Origin: Thiobacillaceae bacterium
Lineage (GTDB): Bacteria > Pseudomonadota > Gammaproteobacteria > Burkholderiales > Thiobacillaceae
Reading direction: 5' to 3'
Length of the DNA: 64,000 nt
Assembly (NCBI GenBank): GCA_035325585.1
Contig: DAOKZP010000007.1
Location: 11,604 to 75,603, forward strand
Both the position numbers and the translations under genes were made by a program. The notes beneath the pieces were generated by a model. The model had not been told where the DNA came from. It did not search any database and saw only the letters and a program-made list of their open reading frames with translations. Positions 28,322 to 38,870 of the stretch are shown here, one piece after another; positions within the stretch are counted from its first letter, which is position 1; each line of letters starts with the position of its first letter.

Positions 28322-31108
28322 CTAGCGTTCGAGCTCCCCCAGCAGCCGCCGGGCGTCGGCGGACTCGGGGAAGGGCCGCTTTGCGTCAAGCGCGGTCTTC
28401 AGTTCCGCACGCGCATCGGCGCGCTTTCCCGCCTTTGCCAGCGCCTGTGCAAGGCGATAGCGGATCGAGGGGTCCGCGGGCGCGAGATCGGCCGCCTTGC
28501 GCAGGATGCGCACGCTGTCCTCCGTGCGCCCGCCGGCGAGAAGCGCCCAACCGTAGGTGTCGGCGATGGACGCCGAGTCGGGCTGGCGCGCATAGGCCTT
28601 CTCGGCGAGCCCGAGTGCGCGCGGATCGCGCAAGGCCACGTAGACCAGGGCGAGATCGTTCTGGATCGCGATGTTTTCGGGCGTCTTGCTCAGGATGTAT
28701 TCCAGGTGCCGGGCCGCCTCGCGAGGCCTTCCGTCCGCCTTGTGGGCCGACGCGAGATAGGCCCGGCTCAGATGGTCGTCGGGATGATCCTTCAGCCACC
28801 GGTCCATTGCCTCATAAGCGCGTGCCTTTTCGCCAGCACGGTAGCGGGCCTTGAAGAGACTGAGTGCGGTAGCGCCGCTGGGTGCGATCGCGAATGCCCG
28901 CTCGTAACGCTTTGCCGCTTCGGCGGGTTTGCCCTGGCCAAGCAACAGATCGCCTTCGAGTGCGAATCCGGTGGGCGATGCGGGGTGGCGCGCCTGCAGC
29001 ATGCTCGCGTGTTCGCGGGCCGCGGCGAGGTCGCCGGCTGCGGCCTCCAGCATGGTGATCCGGGCAAGCGCCTCCGGGTGATCGGGGTCAAGCTTGAGCG
29101 CGGTCGCCAGCGTGCTGCGCGCAGTGGCCGGGTTGCCCGCGGCGGCCTGGGCTGCGGCCATGCCCACGTGAGCGTCGACGGACCGCGGGGCGAGTTGCAG
29201 CAGCTTCTGATACGTCGCCACCGCGCCCGAGGCTTCGCCTGCCGCGATCTGGATCCTGCCCTTGAGATCCAGGTAGGTCGCGTTCTTCATGCCGTACCGG
29301 TCGCCGTCGCGCGTGTACGTGAGCGCGGTGCGGACCGCGTTCTTGTCCAGATAGTGACGCATCAGCTGAACCCGGGCCGGCACGGATTGGGGTGCCGCCG
29401 TGAGCGCGGACTGCAGGGTGTTCACGTATGCGGTGTCGTTGCCTTGCCGACGCTCGATGCTGGCCAGCAGCAGAAGCGCCTCCACGCTCTGAGCCTGCCC
29501 GCTTGCGAGTTTTTGCAGGCGCGTTTGCGCATCGGCAAGTTTGTTTTCCGCGATGTCGACCTGGGCGAGATTGAGCACGGCGGCCTCATCGGATGGTTCG
29601 GCTTCGATTGCCTGGCTGAAGCTTTGGCGTGCACCTGCCAGATCCTCCCGAGCCAGTCGGATGGCGCCCTCCAGATTGAGGGGCAAGGCGCGATCCGGGT
29701 GTTTCGCACGCAGCGCCTGCGCGACCGCGAGGGCTTCTTCATGGCGATGCAGTTGCAGCAGGGTCTGCACCAGCAGTTTGTTGGCCTGGAAATCGGGGGT
29801 GTCGTTCCGTGCCGCGGCCCGCAGCGTTTCCAGGGCTCTTTCCTGCTCTCCCGAGGCCGCCTGGGTCCGGGCGAGCGCAACCTGCAACGTGGCCTGGTCC
29901 GGGTCCTTTTCCAGCGCTTCGACGAAGAGCCGCCGTGCGTCGGCAAGCTGGCCGGAAATCGCGGATGCGCTCGCGGCCAGCGCCAGCGATTGCGTGTCCG
30001 GTGAGGGCTGGTTCAAGGCGGGGCGCATGAGGTCGAGCGCCTGCCTGCCCTCGCCGGCCCGGATCATCAGCTCGGCGAGCAGCTTGCGAACGGCCGTATT
30101 TTCCGGCTGCTTCGCCAGCACGCGTGACAGGTTGGAACGCGCGGTCTCGTATTCGCCCAGCCGGTAGGACGACAGCCCGAGCAGCAGGAGCGCGGAGGTG
30201 TGGTCGGGCGCGCGCCGCAGGATGTCCTGCGCCTTGTCGCGGGTGATTTCGGGCTTCCCTTCGGAGAAGGCCGCCAGGCCTTCCAGGTACTTGATGGGGA
30301 TGCTTTCGGGGTACCGCTTGCGGGCTCGATCGATGTCCTTCCGGGCGGCCACGACGTCGCCCAGCTTGAGCGCCGTATAGGCGTGGCCGGTGATGGCCGC
30401 CATGTCGTTCGGCGCGATCTGCAAGGCCTGACCATAGGCGGCATGGGCCGCTTTGGCGTTTCCAAGCTGGTCCTCGAGTTCGGCCTCGAGCAGCCAGCTT
30501 TGGACGTCCTGGGGATCCAGGCGCCTTGCGTGCAGGATCAGGCTTCGCGCCTGTTCGGCGTCTTTCCGGGCGAAGGCGCATTTGGCCTGTCCGATGTAGG
30601 CGTGGGCGTACTGCGGATCGGCCTGTGCCGAATCGTCGAATTCGGCACAGCCGCGTTCCAGGTTGCCGAGGCCCAGCTGCGCTTCGCCCAGCAGATGCAG
30701 CAACCTGGCCTTGTCGGCGGGGACGATGTCAGGCGCTGGACGGATTTCGTCGACGAGCCGCTGATACGCGTTCTGGAGCAACAGGGAACGCGCCAGCGGG
30801 AGCATGAGAGGCCCTGGTGCGGCGCCGAATTCCTTCGCCCTGATCAACTCTTTTTCCGCCTCGGCACCCAGACCGCTCTGGATGTAGCTGTCGGCGAGCA
30901 GGCGTCTGACCTCCGGGTTGCTCGGATCCTTTTGGGCGGCGTTCTTGAGGTCGATGATGCTGGCCTTCAGGTCGCCCTTCTGCTGCGAGACGCGGGCACG
31001 CGCGACGAGTTCTTCGACCGAGGGATCGAGGAGCTTGCCGCACCCGGGCAGCGTGACGGCAAACAGGGACGCGATGAGCATCGCGGTAGCGAGTGGACGC
31101 AGTTGCAT
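28322..31108 (-). CDS. prsT: XrtA/PEP-CTERM system TPR-repeat lipoprotein PrsT (paralog 2)
   Basis: Lipobox LPGC, IIDLKNAAQ..P, AEKEL..A, TPR repeats, DTYGW near the C-terminus; downstream of prsKR. Confidence 0.88.
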   Translation of the reverse strand: MQLRPLATAMLIASLFAVTLPGCGKLLDPSVEELVARARVSQQKGDLKASIIDLKNAAQKDPSNPEVRRLLADSYIQSGLGAEAEKELIRAKEFGAAPGPLMLPLARSLLLQNAYQRLVDEIRPAPDIVPADKARLLHLLGEAQLGLGNLERGCAEFDDSAQADPQYAHAYIGQAKCAFARKDAEQARSLILHARRLDPQDVQSWLLEAELEDQLGNAKAAHAAYGQALQIAPNDMAAITGHAYTALKLGDVVAARKDIDRARKRYPESIPIKYLEGLAAFSEGKPEITRDKAQDILRRAPDHTSALLLLGLSSYRLGEYETARSNLSRVLAKQPENTAVRKLLAELMIRAGEGRQALDLMRPALNQPSPDTQSLALAASASAISGQLADARRLFVEALEKDPDQATLQVALARTQAASGEQERALETLRAAARNDTPDFQANKLLVQTLLQLHRHEEALAVAQALRAKHPDRALPLNLEGAIRLAREDLAGARQSFSQAIEAEPSDEAAVLNLAQVDIAENKLADAQTRLQKLASGQAQSVEALLLLASIERRQGNDTAYVNTLQSALTAAPQSVPARVQLMRHYLDKNAVRTALTYTRDGDRYGMKNATYLDLKGRIQIAAGEASGAVATYQKLLQLAPRSVDAHVGMAAAQAAAGNPATARSTLATALKLDPDHPEALARITMLEAAAGDLAAAREHASMLQARHPASPTGFALEGDLLLGQGKPAEAAKRYERAFAIAPSGATALSLFKARYRAGEKARAYEAMDRWLKDHPDDHLSRAYLASAHKADGRPREAARHLEYILSKTPENIAIQNDLALVYVALRDPRALGLAEKAYARQPDSASIADTYGWALLAGGRTEDSVRILRKAADLAPADPSIRYRLAQALAKAGKRADARAELKTALDAKRPFPESADARRLLGELER

Positions 31109-31112
31109 GGTC

Positions 31113-33896
31113 TTACCTATCGGCCTTCGTCAGGGTCTGCAGCAGGGCAAGCGCGGCGGGCTTCTGGCTGAAGTCCGTCCCGCTCTTGATGAGGCGCTCG
31201 AGTTCCTGCTGAGCGCGCGCCTTGTCGCCGCCCAGCGCCAGCGCGGCGGCGAAATGATAGTGGATGTCGCCGGCCTCCGGCGCCTTGGACAGGGCCTGCT
31301 GCAGCAGCCGGATGCCGCGTTCGGATTGCCCCTGCTGCGCCAGGATCCAGCCTGCGGTATCCATGACCGCGGGGTTGTCGGGCGCGAGCTTCAGGGCCTG
31401 CTCGGCGAAGCCGGAAGCGCGGGGATCCTTGAGTGCCGACAGCGCCGACGCAAGGTTGTTGAGGACGACGAGATCGCCGGGCCCCTGCTCGTTGAGCACC
31501 AGGTAATGCGTGGCGGCGTCCTTGTAGCGTGCGTGCGCCATCAGTTCGCCCGCGAGAAAGAAACGTGCGCGGTGATCCGTAGCGTGAAGCGCGAGCCAGG
31601 CGGTGAGTCGCTTGACGCCTTCGTCGAAACGCCCGGCGCCGGCGAGTGCCTGGTGCTGCCCGATCAGGGTCGCCGCCGACGGTGCGAGCGCGTGGGCGCG
31701 CTCATAAGCGGCGAGCGCGGCCGGATAGCGTTTTCTTGCGAGCTCGATGTCCCCCTCCAGTGCCGGACCGGCGACCGCCTCCGGATGCTGCTGCTGCACT
31801 CGGCGGGCGATCTCGAGTGCCGCGTCATGACGTGCGGATTGCTTCTCGAGGTTGCCCATGAGCAGTTGCGCCTCGAGGTGCTCGGGCTTGAGACGCAGCG
31901 CCTCACGCAGGCTGGCGCGTGCATCGTCCCCTCGCCCCGACGCGAGCTGCGCCCGAGCCAGTCGGACGCGGGGCTCGGCTTGGCCCGGCAGCCGCTCGCC
32001 GAGCCGGCGGTAGGTCGCTACCGCATTCTCGTAATCGCGGCTTGCGAGCTGCACATCGCCAAGAAGCCCGAGCGCGGCCGAGTCGTCTGGCCGTGCGGCG
32101 ACCGCCGCCTGCGCCGCGCTCACGGCCTTGGCACCGTCTCCCTTGGACAACCAGTAGCGCGCCTGGCGGAGGCGCGGCTGCAATGCCTGGGGGTGAGCGG
32201 CGGCGGCTTTTTCAAGCGCGGCCAGATACGCCTTGTCGTCGCGTTCTTCGAGCGCGAGGTCGGCCAATGCGAGCAGGGCCTGCAGATGTTTGGGATCGGT
32301 CTTCAGGATGGTTTCGAAGCGGGCGCGGGCCGCCGCGGGTTTCTTGTCCTGCAGATCGAGCCGGGCGAGCGCGCCGGCCGCCGGGAAAAACACGGGATCG
32401 AGCTTGAGTGCACGTTCGAAGCTTGCACGCGCATTCGCGATGTCTTTTCTGCCGAGATGCGCTGCGCCGCGATAATTCCATGGCACCGGGCTGGCGGGGA
32501 ATTTTTTCCCCAGGCGATCGGCACTCGCCAGAGCGTCGTCGTATTGCCCGTTGCGAAGCTGGTGGAGGATGACCAGCGCATCGGCGCGTCCGCCACCCTG
32601 TTCCAGTGCGGACGCGGCGAGCAGATCGTCCATCGCACGGGCGTCACCCAGCGCCATCCGCGTGGCCCCGAGTTCGGTACGGATCATGGCGTTGCCGGGG
32701 CTCGTGCTCGCGGCTTTTTCGAAGTGCGCGGCGGCCTTAGACCATTGCTTCTTCGCCAGCGCGATCTCGCCCGCGACGACGTTTACGGCGGCGTCGTCGG
32801 AATTCTCGGGATCGAGGGGCGCGAGCGTACGGGTGGCTTCGTCGGCGCGGCCGGCGCGCAGCTGCGTGGCTGCCAGCAGGCGGCGCGCGTACGGGTTGCG
32901 GGGTGTGGCGTTGATGACCTTGTTGAGGTGCGACTCGGCCGTCTGTACGTTGCCCAGGCTGAATTCGATCGAACCACCCAGCAGAAGGGCGGGGACGAAG
33001 TCGGGTGCCGCCTTCAGGACGGCGGCCAGGCCGTCACGAGCACGCTGGGTCTCTCCCTCGCGGAAGTCGACGAGCGCTTCGAGGTAGCGGGCCTGGAGAT
33101 TGTCGGGCGCGGTCTTGCGGGCTGCCGTGAGCTCCTTGCGGGCGTCCGCCAGCCGGTTCTCGGCGATTGCGATGCCGGCGAGAGCGAGCCGGGCCGGCGT
33201 ATGGTTCGGATGGTTCTCAAGGATGTTGCGGTAGACGGCAGCGGCTTCCGCCGGTTTTCCGGTGGCATGCAGCACGTCGCCTTTCAGCAGCTGGCTGTCC
33301 AGGTGTGCGGGATCGGCCTTCAGGCCATGCTCGATCTCGTCGAGCGCCCGGGTGGTGTCATTGTCGATGAGCGCCAGTCTCGCCAGCGCCAGGCGCACCT
33401 CGGGGTTGTCGGGTGCCGTACTCAGCGCGTCCTGCAGTGCCTGGCGCGCTTCGTCCTTGTGGCCGAGCCCGAGCTGGGCCATCGCGCGAAGTGCCTTCAA
33501 GGTCGCGGCGTCGGCACTGTCGCCGGCCGGTGCGGGGATCTCGTCGAGCAGACGCTGGTAGCTGCGCTGGCCGAGCAGTATCCGCGCGAGCAGCGGATCG
33601 ACCGCACTCGCGGCGTAGCCCGCGTCGCGCGCGTGGCGCAATTCCTTCTCCGCGCTCGCGAGATCGAACTGGGCAAGGTACAGCCTGCCCAGTTCATAGC
33701 GCGCCTCGGCGTTCTGTCCGTCCTGTTCTACGGCGTTCTTCAACTGGATCATGGCTCCGCGCTCGTCGCCGGCCGCAAGCATGGCGCGCGCCTCGGTGAG
33801 CAGGGATGCAGCGTCCTTCTCGCCGCAGCCGTTCAGGAGGGAAACGCCGAGGATCATGGCGAGCAGCAGTCTGGGCAGGGGAAGGGGGCGGGCCAT
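31113..33896 (-). CDS. prsT: XrtA/PEP-CTERM system TPR-repeat lipoprotein PrsT (paralog 1)
   Basis: Lipobox LNGC, IQLKNA......EARY.LG, AEKEL, TPR repeats, LNNLA, DTAGW. Confidence 0.9.
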   Translation of the reverse strand: MARPLPLPRLLLAMILGVSLLNGCGEKDAASLLTEARAMLAAGDERGAMIQLKNAVEQDGQNAEARYELGRLYLAQFDLASAEKELRHARDAGYAASAVDPLLARILLGQRSYQRLLDEIPAPAGDSADAATLKALRAMAQLGLGHKDEARQALQDALSTAPDNPEVRLALARLALIDNDTTRALDEIEHGLKADPAHLDSQLLKGDVLHATGKPAEAAAVYRNILENHPNHTPARLALAGIAIAENRLADARKELTAARKTAPDNLQARYLEALVDFREGETQRARDGLAAVLKAAPDFVPALLLGGSIEFSLGNVQTAESHLNKVINATPRNPYARRLLAATQLRAGRADEATRTLAPLDPENSDDAAVNVVAGEIALAKKQWSKAAAHFEKAASTSPGNAMIRTELGATRMALGDARAMDDLLAASALEQGGGRADALVILHQLRNGQYDDALASADRLGKKFPASPVPWNYRGAAHLGRKDIANARASFERALKLDPVFFPAAGALARLDLQDKKPAAARARFETILKTDPKHLQALLALADLALEERDDKAYLAALEKAAAAHPQALQPRLRQARYWLSKGDGAKAVSAAQAAVAARPDDSAALGLLGDVQLASRDYENAVATYRRLGERLPGQAEPRVRLARAQLASGRGDDARASLREALRLKPEHLEAQLLMGNLEKQSARHDAALEIARRVQQQHPEAVAGPALEGDIELARKRYPAALAAYERAHALAPSAATLIGQHQALAGAGRFDEGVKRLTAWLALHATDHRARFFLAGELMAHARYKDAATHYLVLNEQGPGDLVVLNNLASALSALKDPRASGFAEQALKLAPDNPAVMDTAGWILAQQGQSERGIRLLQQALSKAPEAGDIHYHFAAALALGGDKARAQQELERLIKSGTDFSQKPAALALLQTLTKADR

Positions 33897-33947
33897 GGGA
33901 ATTCCGTTAGGGAGGTTCGCTGAGTTCGTGGAAGCGTGCCGGGGGCG

Positions 33948-35300
33948 CTACTTCATGCCGATTTTCGCCATCAGGTCGTACAGCGTCGGCCGTGTGATGC
34001 CGAGCAATTCGGCCGCCTGTGCGATGTTGCCGCTGCTGCGGGCAAGGGCCTGGCTGATCGCGCGGCGTTCGGCGTCTTCCCGTGCCTGGCGCAGATTGAA
34101 CGGCTGTGGCTCGGCCTGACCGTCGTCGAGGCCGAGATCCGCCGCAGTGATCTGCGTGCCATCGGCCATGATGACGGCGCGCTTGATGAGGTTTTCCATC
34201 TCCCGTACGTTGCCGGGCCAGGCGTGGCTCTCGAGTGCGGCCAGGGCGTCCGCGGTGAAACCCTTGAGGTTGCGGCCGAGTTCGCGCGCATATCGCTCGA
34301 GAAAGGCCTGCGCCAGCAGCACCGCATCTCCAGGGCGGTCGCGCAACGGAGGAATGTCGACCGTGATCTCGGAGAGGCGGTAGTACAGGTCCTCGCGGAA
34401 GGTGCCGTCGCGGATCATGGCGGCGAGGTCGCGGTGGGTGGCGCAGACGACGCGCACGTCGACCGGGATTTCACCGCGTCCCCCGAGGCGTTCGATCACG
34501 CGCTCCTGCAGGAAGCGCAGGAGCTTGGCCTGCAGCGGCATGGGGAGATCGCCGATCTCGTCGAGGAAGAGGGTGCCCTCGTTCGCGTACTCGATCTTGC
34601 CCACCGTCTGCTTGGCGGCCCCGGTGAACGCTCCCTTCTCGTAACCGAAGAGTTCCGATTCCAGGAGCGTGTCGGGGATCGCGGCACAATTGATCGCCAC
34701 GAAACGCTTTCCGGCGCGTGGCGACAGGTCGTGCACGCCGCGCGCGAGCACTTCCTTGCCGGTTCCCGATTCGCCGAGGAGCAGCACGGTGGCGTTCGCC
34801 GGCGCGACCTTCTCGACGGTGTGGCAGACTCGCAGCATCGATTCGCTGGCGGTGATCAGGCCCTGCAGGGCCGTTCCGGATTGGCGCGCGGCGAGCTTGC
34901 GGTTTTCGACCTCGAGTGCATGCAGGTGCAGGGCGCGGGCGATCATCAGCTTCAGGACCTCGGGCTCGAACGGCTTGTGAAAGAAGTCGTATGCGCCGAG
35001 GCCGACGGCCTTCACGGCGTTCGAGCGGTCCAGGTTGCCGGTGACGACGATGACCTTGGTGAGCGGCGCCAGCGACAGGATCTGCTGCAGCGTCGCCAGA
35101 CCTTCCGTCGCGCCGTCCACGTCGGGCGGCAGGCCGAGGTCGAGCAGCACGACCGCCGGCTCCATGCGCCGGAGGTGGGCGATGGCGCTGTCGCGGTCGC
35201 CTGCCAGCAGGATCTCGTAGTCGTCAAGGCTCCATTTGAGCTGTTTCTGCAGTCCGGGGTCGTCCTCGACCACCAGAACCCTGGCTTTCATTTCGCTCAT
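33948..35300 (-). CDS. prsR: PEP-CTERM-box sigma54-dependent response regulator
   Basis: Receiver VEDDPGLQKQLKW/LDLGLPP; AAA+ GESGTGKE, GAFTGA, LFLDEIGD; Fis-type HTH. Confidence 0.93.
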   Translation of the reverse strand: MSEMKARVLVVEDDPGLQKQLKWSLDDYEILLAGDRDSAIAHLRRMEPAVVLLDLGLPPDVDGATEGLATLQQILSLAPLTKVIVVTGNLDRSNAVKAVGLGAYDFFHKPFEPEVLKLMIARALHLHALEVENRKLAARQSGTALQGLITASESMLRVCHTVEKVAPANATVLLLGESGTGKEVLARGVHDLSPRAGKRFVAINCAAIPDTLLESELFGYEKGAFTGAAKQTVGKIEYANEGTLFLDEIGDLPMPLQAKLLRFLQERVIERLGGRGEIPVDVRVVCATHRDLAAMIRDGTFREDLYYRLSEITVDIPPLRDRPGDAVLLAQAFLERYARELGRNLKGFTADALAALESHAWPGNVREMENLIKRAVIMADGTQITAADLGLDDGQAEPQPFNLRQAREDAERRAISQALARSSGNIAQAAELLGITRPTLYDLMAKIGMK

Positions 35301-37381
35301 GCGCTCGCTTCCACGTTCGTTATGTCGTTGTCGAGCGGTAGGCACACCCGGAAGCGGGTGCCGCTGCCGAGTGTGCTCTCCACGTCCATTCGTCCACCGA
35401 ATGCGCGGATCGTCTCGCGGCATTCGTAAGCACCGATTCCCATGCCCGCACCCTTGGTGGAGTCGAAGGGCTGGAACAGGCGAGTGCGGATGAATTCGTC
35501 GTCCATGCCGCAGCCCGTGTCGGCGATCTCGATGATCGCCTGCGATGCAGCGGCGTAGGCGCGCAGTGTGACCTTTCCATCTGCGGGGGTCGCTTCCAGC
35601 GCATTCTGCAGCAGGTGGCCGATGGCGCGCGTCAGCTGCTCACGGTCGGCGCGCACCTGCAATCCGTCGCTCGCGGCTTCCACCAAGGGCTTCAGCTTGA
35701 ATGCCTGCTTGCTCGCCACGGCATCGTTCAGGATATCGGCGACCTCGACCCGCTCCGCATACGGGGCTTCGCCGCCACGGTGCAACTGCGCGAGCACCTT
35801 GTTCATGCGGGTGACCGCGCTCGCCACCGTTTCGAGCATGTCTGCCTGGAACTCTGGATTGTGCTTGTGTTTCTCCGCGTTGGCGAGCAGCAGCGACAAT
35901 TGGGCCACGAGATTCTTCAGATCGTGGATGACGAAGGTGCTGGTGCGGTTGAAGGATTCGAACTGTCGCGCCACGATGAGCTGGTTCGATGCACGCATCT
36001 GCGCGAGGTGCGCCGCGGCCTGGCGGGCGGCGACCTTGAGCAGATCGCTGACTTCCCAGTTGAAGCTGATCCGCGCGAGCGAATGCTTGAGGATGACGAA
36101 GCCCAGCAGCTCCTCGTGCAGCAACAGCGGGACGACGAGCCAGGCGTCCTCCGCCTCGCGGATCCAGACGGGCAGTTCGAGCTCGCCGTAGAGCTGCGGA
36201 CGGACCTGCATCTCGTCCAGGTCGATTACCCACTGTTTTGCGCCAAGCCATTCGATGAAAGGGGATTCGGCGTCCTCGCTGCCGCCGACGTCGCTCCAGT
36301 TCCAATGCGCGGCACGCTGATAGCCGGCTGCGCCCTCGCGCATCCAGAGTGCGCCGCCCGGGCTGTCCAGCAGCTTTGCCAGCGCCTCGACGGCGCGTTC
36401 GGACAGCTGCTCGCCCGGCTGTCCTTCCGAGAGCGTGCGCGTGAACTCGAGCCATTCCTTGCGGTAGTCGTATCGATAGCTGAAGAAGTGCTTGGACAGG
36501 AAGACCCGCAGTCGCGCCCGCAGTGTGCCGGAAAACATGAGCAGCACCAGCAGCATGGCCGCCGCGAAGAGGAACACCGCAAGCACGACCTCGCCCCATT
36601 CGCCGCCAAAGAGGCGCAGGTAGTAGCCGGCCCCCGCCATCAAGAGGAGGTAGATCCCCGAGGCGAGGAGGGTCGCGGTATGGAAGACCATGCTGCGCGA
36701 GAGGCCGACGGGTGCCGCCCACTTGGGATTGCGCGCCGCCGAGATCGCAATGAGGGGTGCGACGAGCGTGGCGACGTAGCCGCGCGCGGCCCACACCCGC
36801 GCATCCAGCGCGTTGAAGAGTGCGGCGCTGGCGAAGAGGAAGAGGTCGTATGCGAAGAGCCCGCCCAAACCCAGGCAGAGGAACTTGATCGCCCAGCGGT
36901 CCTCCGGGCGGGTGCTGCGGTAGACCTGCTCGACCAGCACCAGCCCCATCACCGTGAGGAGCACCAGTCCCACGTTGCCGGCGGTGCGCAGGATCTCCGG
37001 CGTGGCGGGACCATGGACCGGCAGGATGCTGGCGGCGAGCAGCCCGCCGACGAGCAGGGCGCCGGACGCGCGGATGAGACGCAGCGGCGCTGGCAGGCTG
37101 GCGTCTTGCGGCAGGCGCAGGCGGAGGATATAGAGCAGCAGGGCAAGCCATGCCCCGTTGCGGGTGACTTCGGCGGCGACGCCGAGCCGGGACGGCAGCA
37201 GTTCCCAGGCGGCGAGACCGGAGAGGGCGCCCCAGGCGGCGCTGAGCACGGTGGCGAGAACCAGCAGGCGGCCTTGCGGGCGCCGCCGCCAGCTGACGGC
37301 GATGAGGATGCTGAGCCCCAGATAGGCCAGCGCCGCGGCGCTATAACCGACGGTGGCGAGGAGCTGCAGGATCTCGGTCAT
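35297..37381 (-). CDS. prsK: PEP-CTERM system histidine kinase
   Basis: Multi-TM N-terminus, KHFFSYRYDYR.EW, GAF domain, H-box FVIHDLKN, G-boxes DTGCGM and GMGIG. Confidence 0.93.
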   Translation of the reverse strand: MTEILQLLATVGYSAAALAYLGLSILIAVSWRRRPQGRLLVLATVLSAAWGALSGLAAWELLPSRLGVAAEVTRNGAWLALLLYILRLRLPQDASLPAPLRLIRASGALLVGGLLAASILPVHGPATPEILRTAGNVGLVLLTVMGLVLVEQVYRSTRPEDRWAIKFLCLGLGGLFAYDLFLFASAALFNALDARVWAARGYVATLVAPLIAISAARNPKWAAPVGLSRSMVFHTATLLASGIYLLLMAGAGYYLRLFGGEWGEVVLAVFLFAAAMLLVLLMFSGTLRARLRVFLSKHFFSYRYDYRKEWLEFTRTLSEGQPGEQLSERAVEALAKLLDSPGGALWMREGAAGYQRAAHWNWSDVGGSEDAESPFIEWLGAKQWVIDLDEMQVRPQLYGELELPVWIREAEDAWLVVPLLLHEELLGFVILKHSLARISFNWEVSDLLKVAARQAAAHLAQMRASNQLIVARQFESFNRTSTFVIHDLKNLVAQLSLLLANAEKHKHNPEFQADMLETVASAVTRMNKVLAQLHRGGEAPYAERVEVADILNDAVASKQAFKLKPLVEAASDGLQVRADREQLTRAIGHLLQNALEATPADGKVTLRAYAAASQAIIEIADTGCGMDDEFIRTRLFQPFDSTKGAGMGIGAYECRETIRAFGGRMDVESTLGSGTRFRVCLPLDNDITNVEASA

Positions 37382-37402
37382 GGGTGGTCTCGAAGGGGAG
37401 GA

Positions 37403-38794
37403 TCAGCGGACGCCCTTTCCCCACAAAACCACTTGCGCCGTCTGAAACAGGATCATGAGATCCAGGAACAGGCTGTGGTTCTTCACGTAATACAGGTCGT
37501 ACTGCAACTTGTGCTTCGCGTCTTCGTCGGTCGCGCCGTACGGGTAGCGGACCTGCGCCCAGCCGGTGATGCCGGGTTTGACGGTATGGCGCACTCCGTA
37601 ATAGGGGATCTTCTGCGCCAGATCCTCGACGAAATAGGGGCGCTCCGGGCGCGGGCCGACAAAGCTCATGTCGCCGAAGAACACGTTGAAAATCTGCGGC
37701 AGTTCGTCGATGCGGGTGCGCCGGATGAAGCGTCCGGTGCGCGTCACCCGACTGTCGTTCTGCCGCGCCCAGAGCGGTTTGCCGTCTTTTTCCGCGTTGA
37801 CGCACATGCTGCGGAACTTGAGGATGACGAAAGCGCGCCCTCCCTGGCCGACACGCTCCTGGCGATAGAGGACGGGCCCCGGGCTTTCCAGCTTGATGAG
37901 CAGGGCCGCCAGCATCATGACCGGCAGGCTGACGGCCAGTATCGCCGCGCTGACGACCAGATCGAAAAGGCGCTTCGCCGTGTCGCGCAGCATGCCCTGG
38001 TGAAAGCCTTCGGAGAGGATCATCCAGCTCGGGTTCATGGAATCGAGCTCCAGATGGCCGTTCTCGCGTTCGAAGAAGCTCGAGAGTTCCAGGACGCGGA
38101 CGCCCTGGAGTTTGCACTTGAGGAGTTCCTGCATGGGGACGCCGCCCCGGCGGTCGCGCACGGCGAGGACGATTTCGCTGATCTGGAGGCGGGAAACCAG
38201 TTCGGACAACGGTTCTTCGCTGTCGAGAATGCGGCCATGGTCGACGAAATGATGACTGCCCCCCATCGGCAGATAACCGACGACCTGGGCGTTGCTCGCA
38301 TGGCCGCACTTGGCCAGCAGGGTCTCGATGTGGGACGCCCGGCTGCCGGTGCCAAGGACCAGGATGCGCGACTTGAGTGCGCCGGTGCGCGCCCAGCCGA
38401 CGAAGAGTGCGCGGCTGAGCAGGATGCCGAGAAGCGCGATGCCCAGAGAGAGCAGGAAGGCGCCACGGCCGACCAGCAGCGCGGGGATGAAATAGAAGAG
38501 CAGACTCATGGCCAGCAGGCCCAGTCCGAAACTCAGGCCGATGCGCTGCAGCAGGGCGCGTACGCCGCCCTGCCATTCGAGATCGTACAGGCCGCTTGCG
38601 GTCATCAATCCGAGCATGACGGCCACGAAGGTCAGCGCCTTGGGCAAGAGCGGCTGGAGATCCGCCGGAATCACGCCCGTGTCGTGGAAGCGCGCGTTGA
38701 CGCCGAGATAGATCGCGCCGCCGAGAACTGCCGACTCGAACAGCAGCAGCAGCAGCAGGTTGCGCGGTATGTAGTGGCGGAAGAATCGAATCAC
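37403..38794 (-). CDS. TIGR03013-type PEP-CTERM/XrtA system sugar (polyprenyl-phosphate) transferase; GTG start
   Basis: IRFFRHY N-terminus, TM helices, KRLFD, KFRSM, RIDELPQ, GDMSFVGPRPERP, KPGITGWAQ. Confidence 0.92.
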   Translation of the reverse strand: MIRFFRHYIPRNLLLLLLFESAVLGGAIYLGVNARFHDTGVIPADLQPLLPKALTFVAVMLGLMTASGLYDLEWQGGVRALLQRIGLSFGLGLLAMSLLFYFIPALLVGRGAFLLSLGIALLGILLSRALFVGWARTGALKSRILVLGTGSRASHIETLLAKCGHASNAQVVGYLPMGGSHHFVDHGRILDSEEPLSELVSRLQISEIVLAVRDRRGGVPMQELLKCKLQGVRVLELSSFFERENGHLELDSMNPSWMILSEGFHQGMLRDTAKRLFDLVVSAAILAVSLPVMMLAALLIKLESPGPVLYRQERVGQGGRAFVILKFRSMCVNAEKDGKPLWARQNDSRVTRTGRFIRRTRIDELPQIFNVFFGDMSFVGPRPERPYFVEDLAQKIPYYGVRHTVKPGITGWAQVRYPYGATDEDAKHKLQYDLYYVKNHSLFLDLMILFQTAQVVLWGKGVR

Positions 38795-38833
38795 AGCTTT
38801 TTCATCCGGAATGCGGTGGGCAACGAGAGGTTC

Positions 38834-38849
38834 AGCATCTTCCGTGCCA
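38834..38849 (-). promoter_or_regulatory. Putative sigma54 promoter for the sugar [23 protein letters not shown] operon
   Basis: Minus strand TGGCAC-GGAAG-ATGCT (GG-N10-GC), 40 nt before the GTG start. Confidence 0.6.
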
Positions 38850-38870
38850 GTGTGGCCCGCGGTCGGGTAC

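Noticed and set aside
30918-33923. 1001-aa plus-strand ORF
   Set aside because: It is the antisense shadow of prsT. It has no recognisable motifs, and long stop-free antisense frames are expected in high-GC coding DNA.
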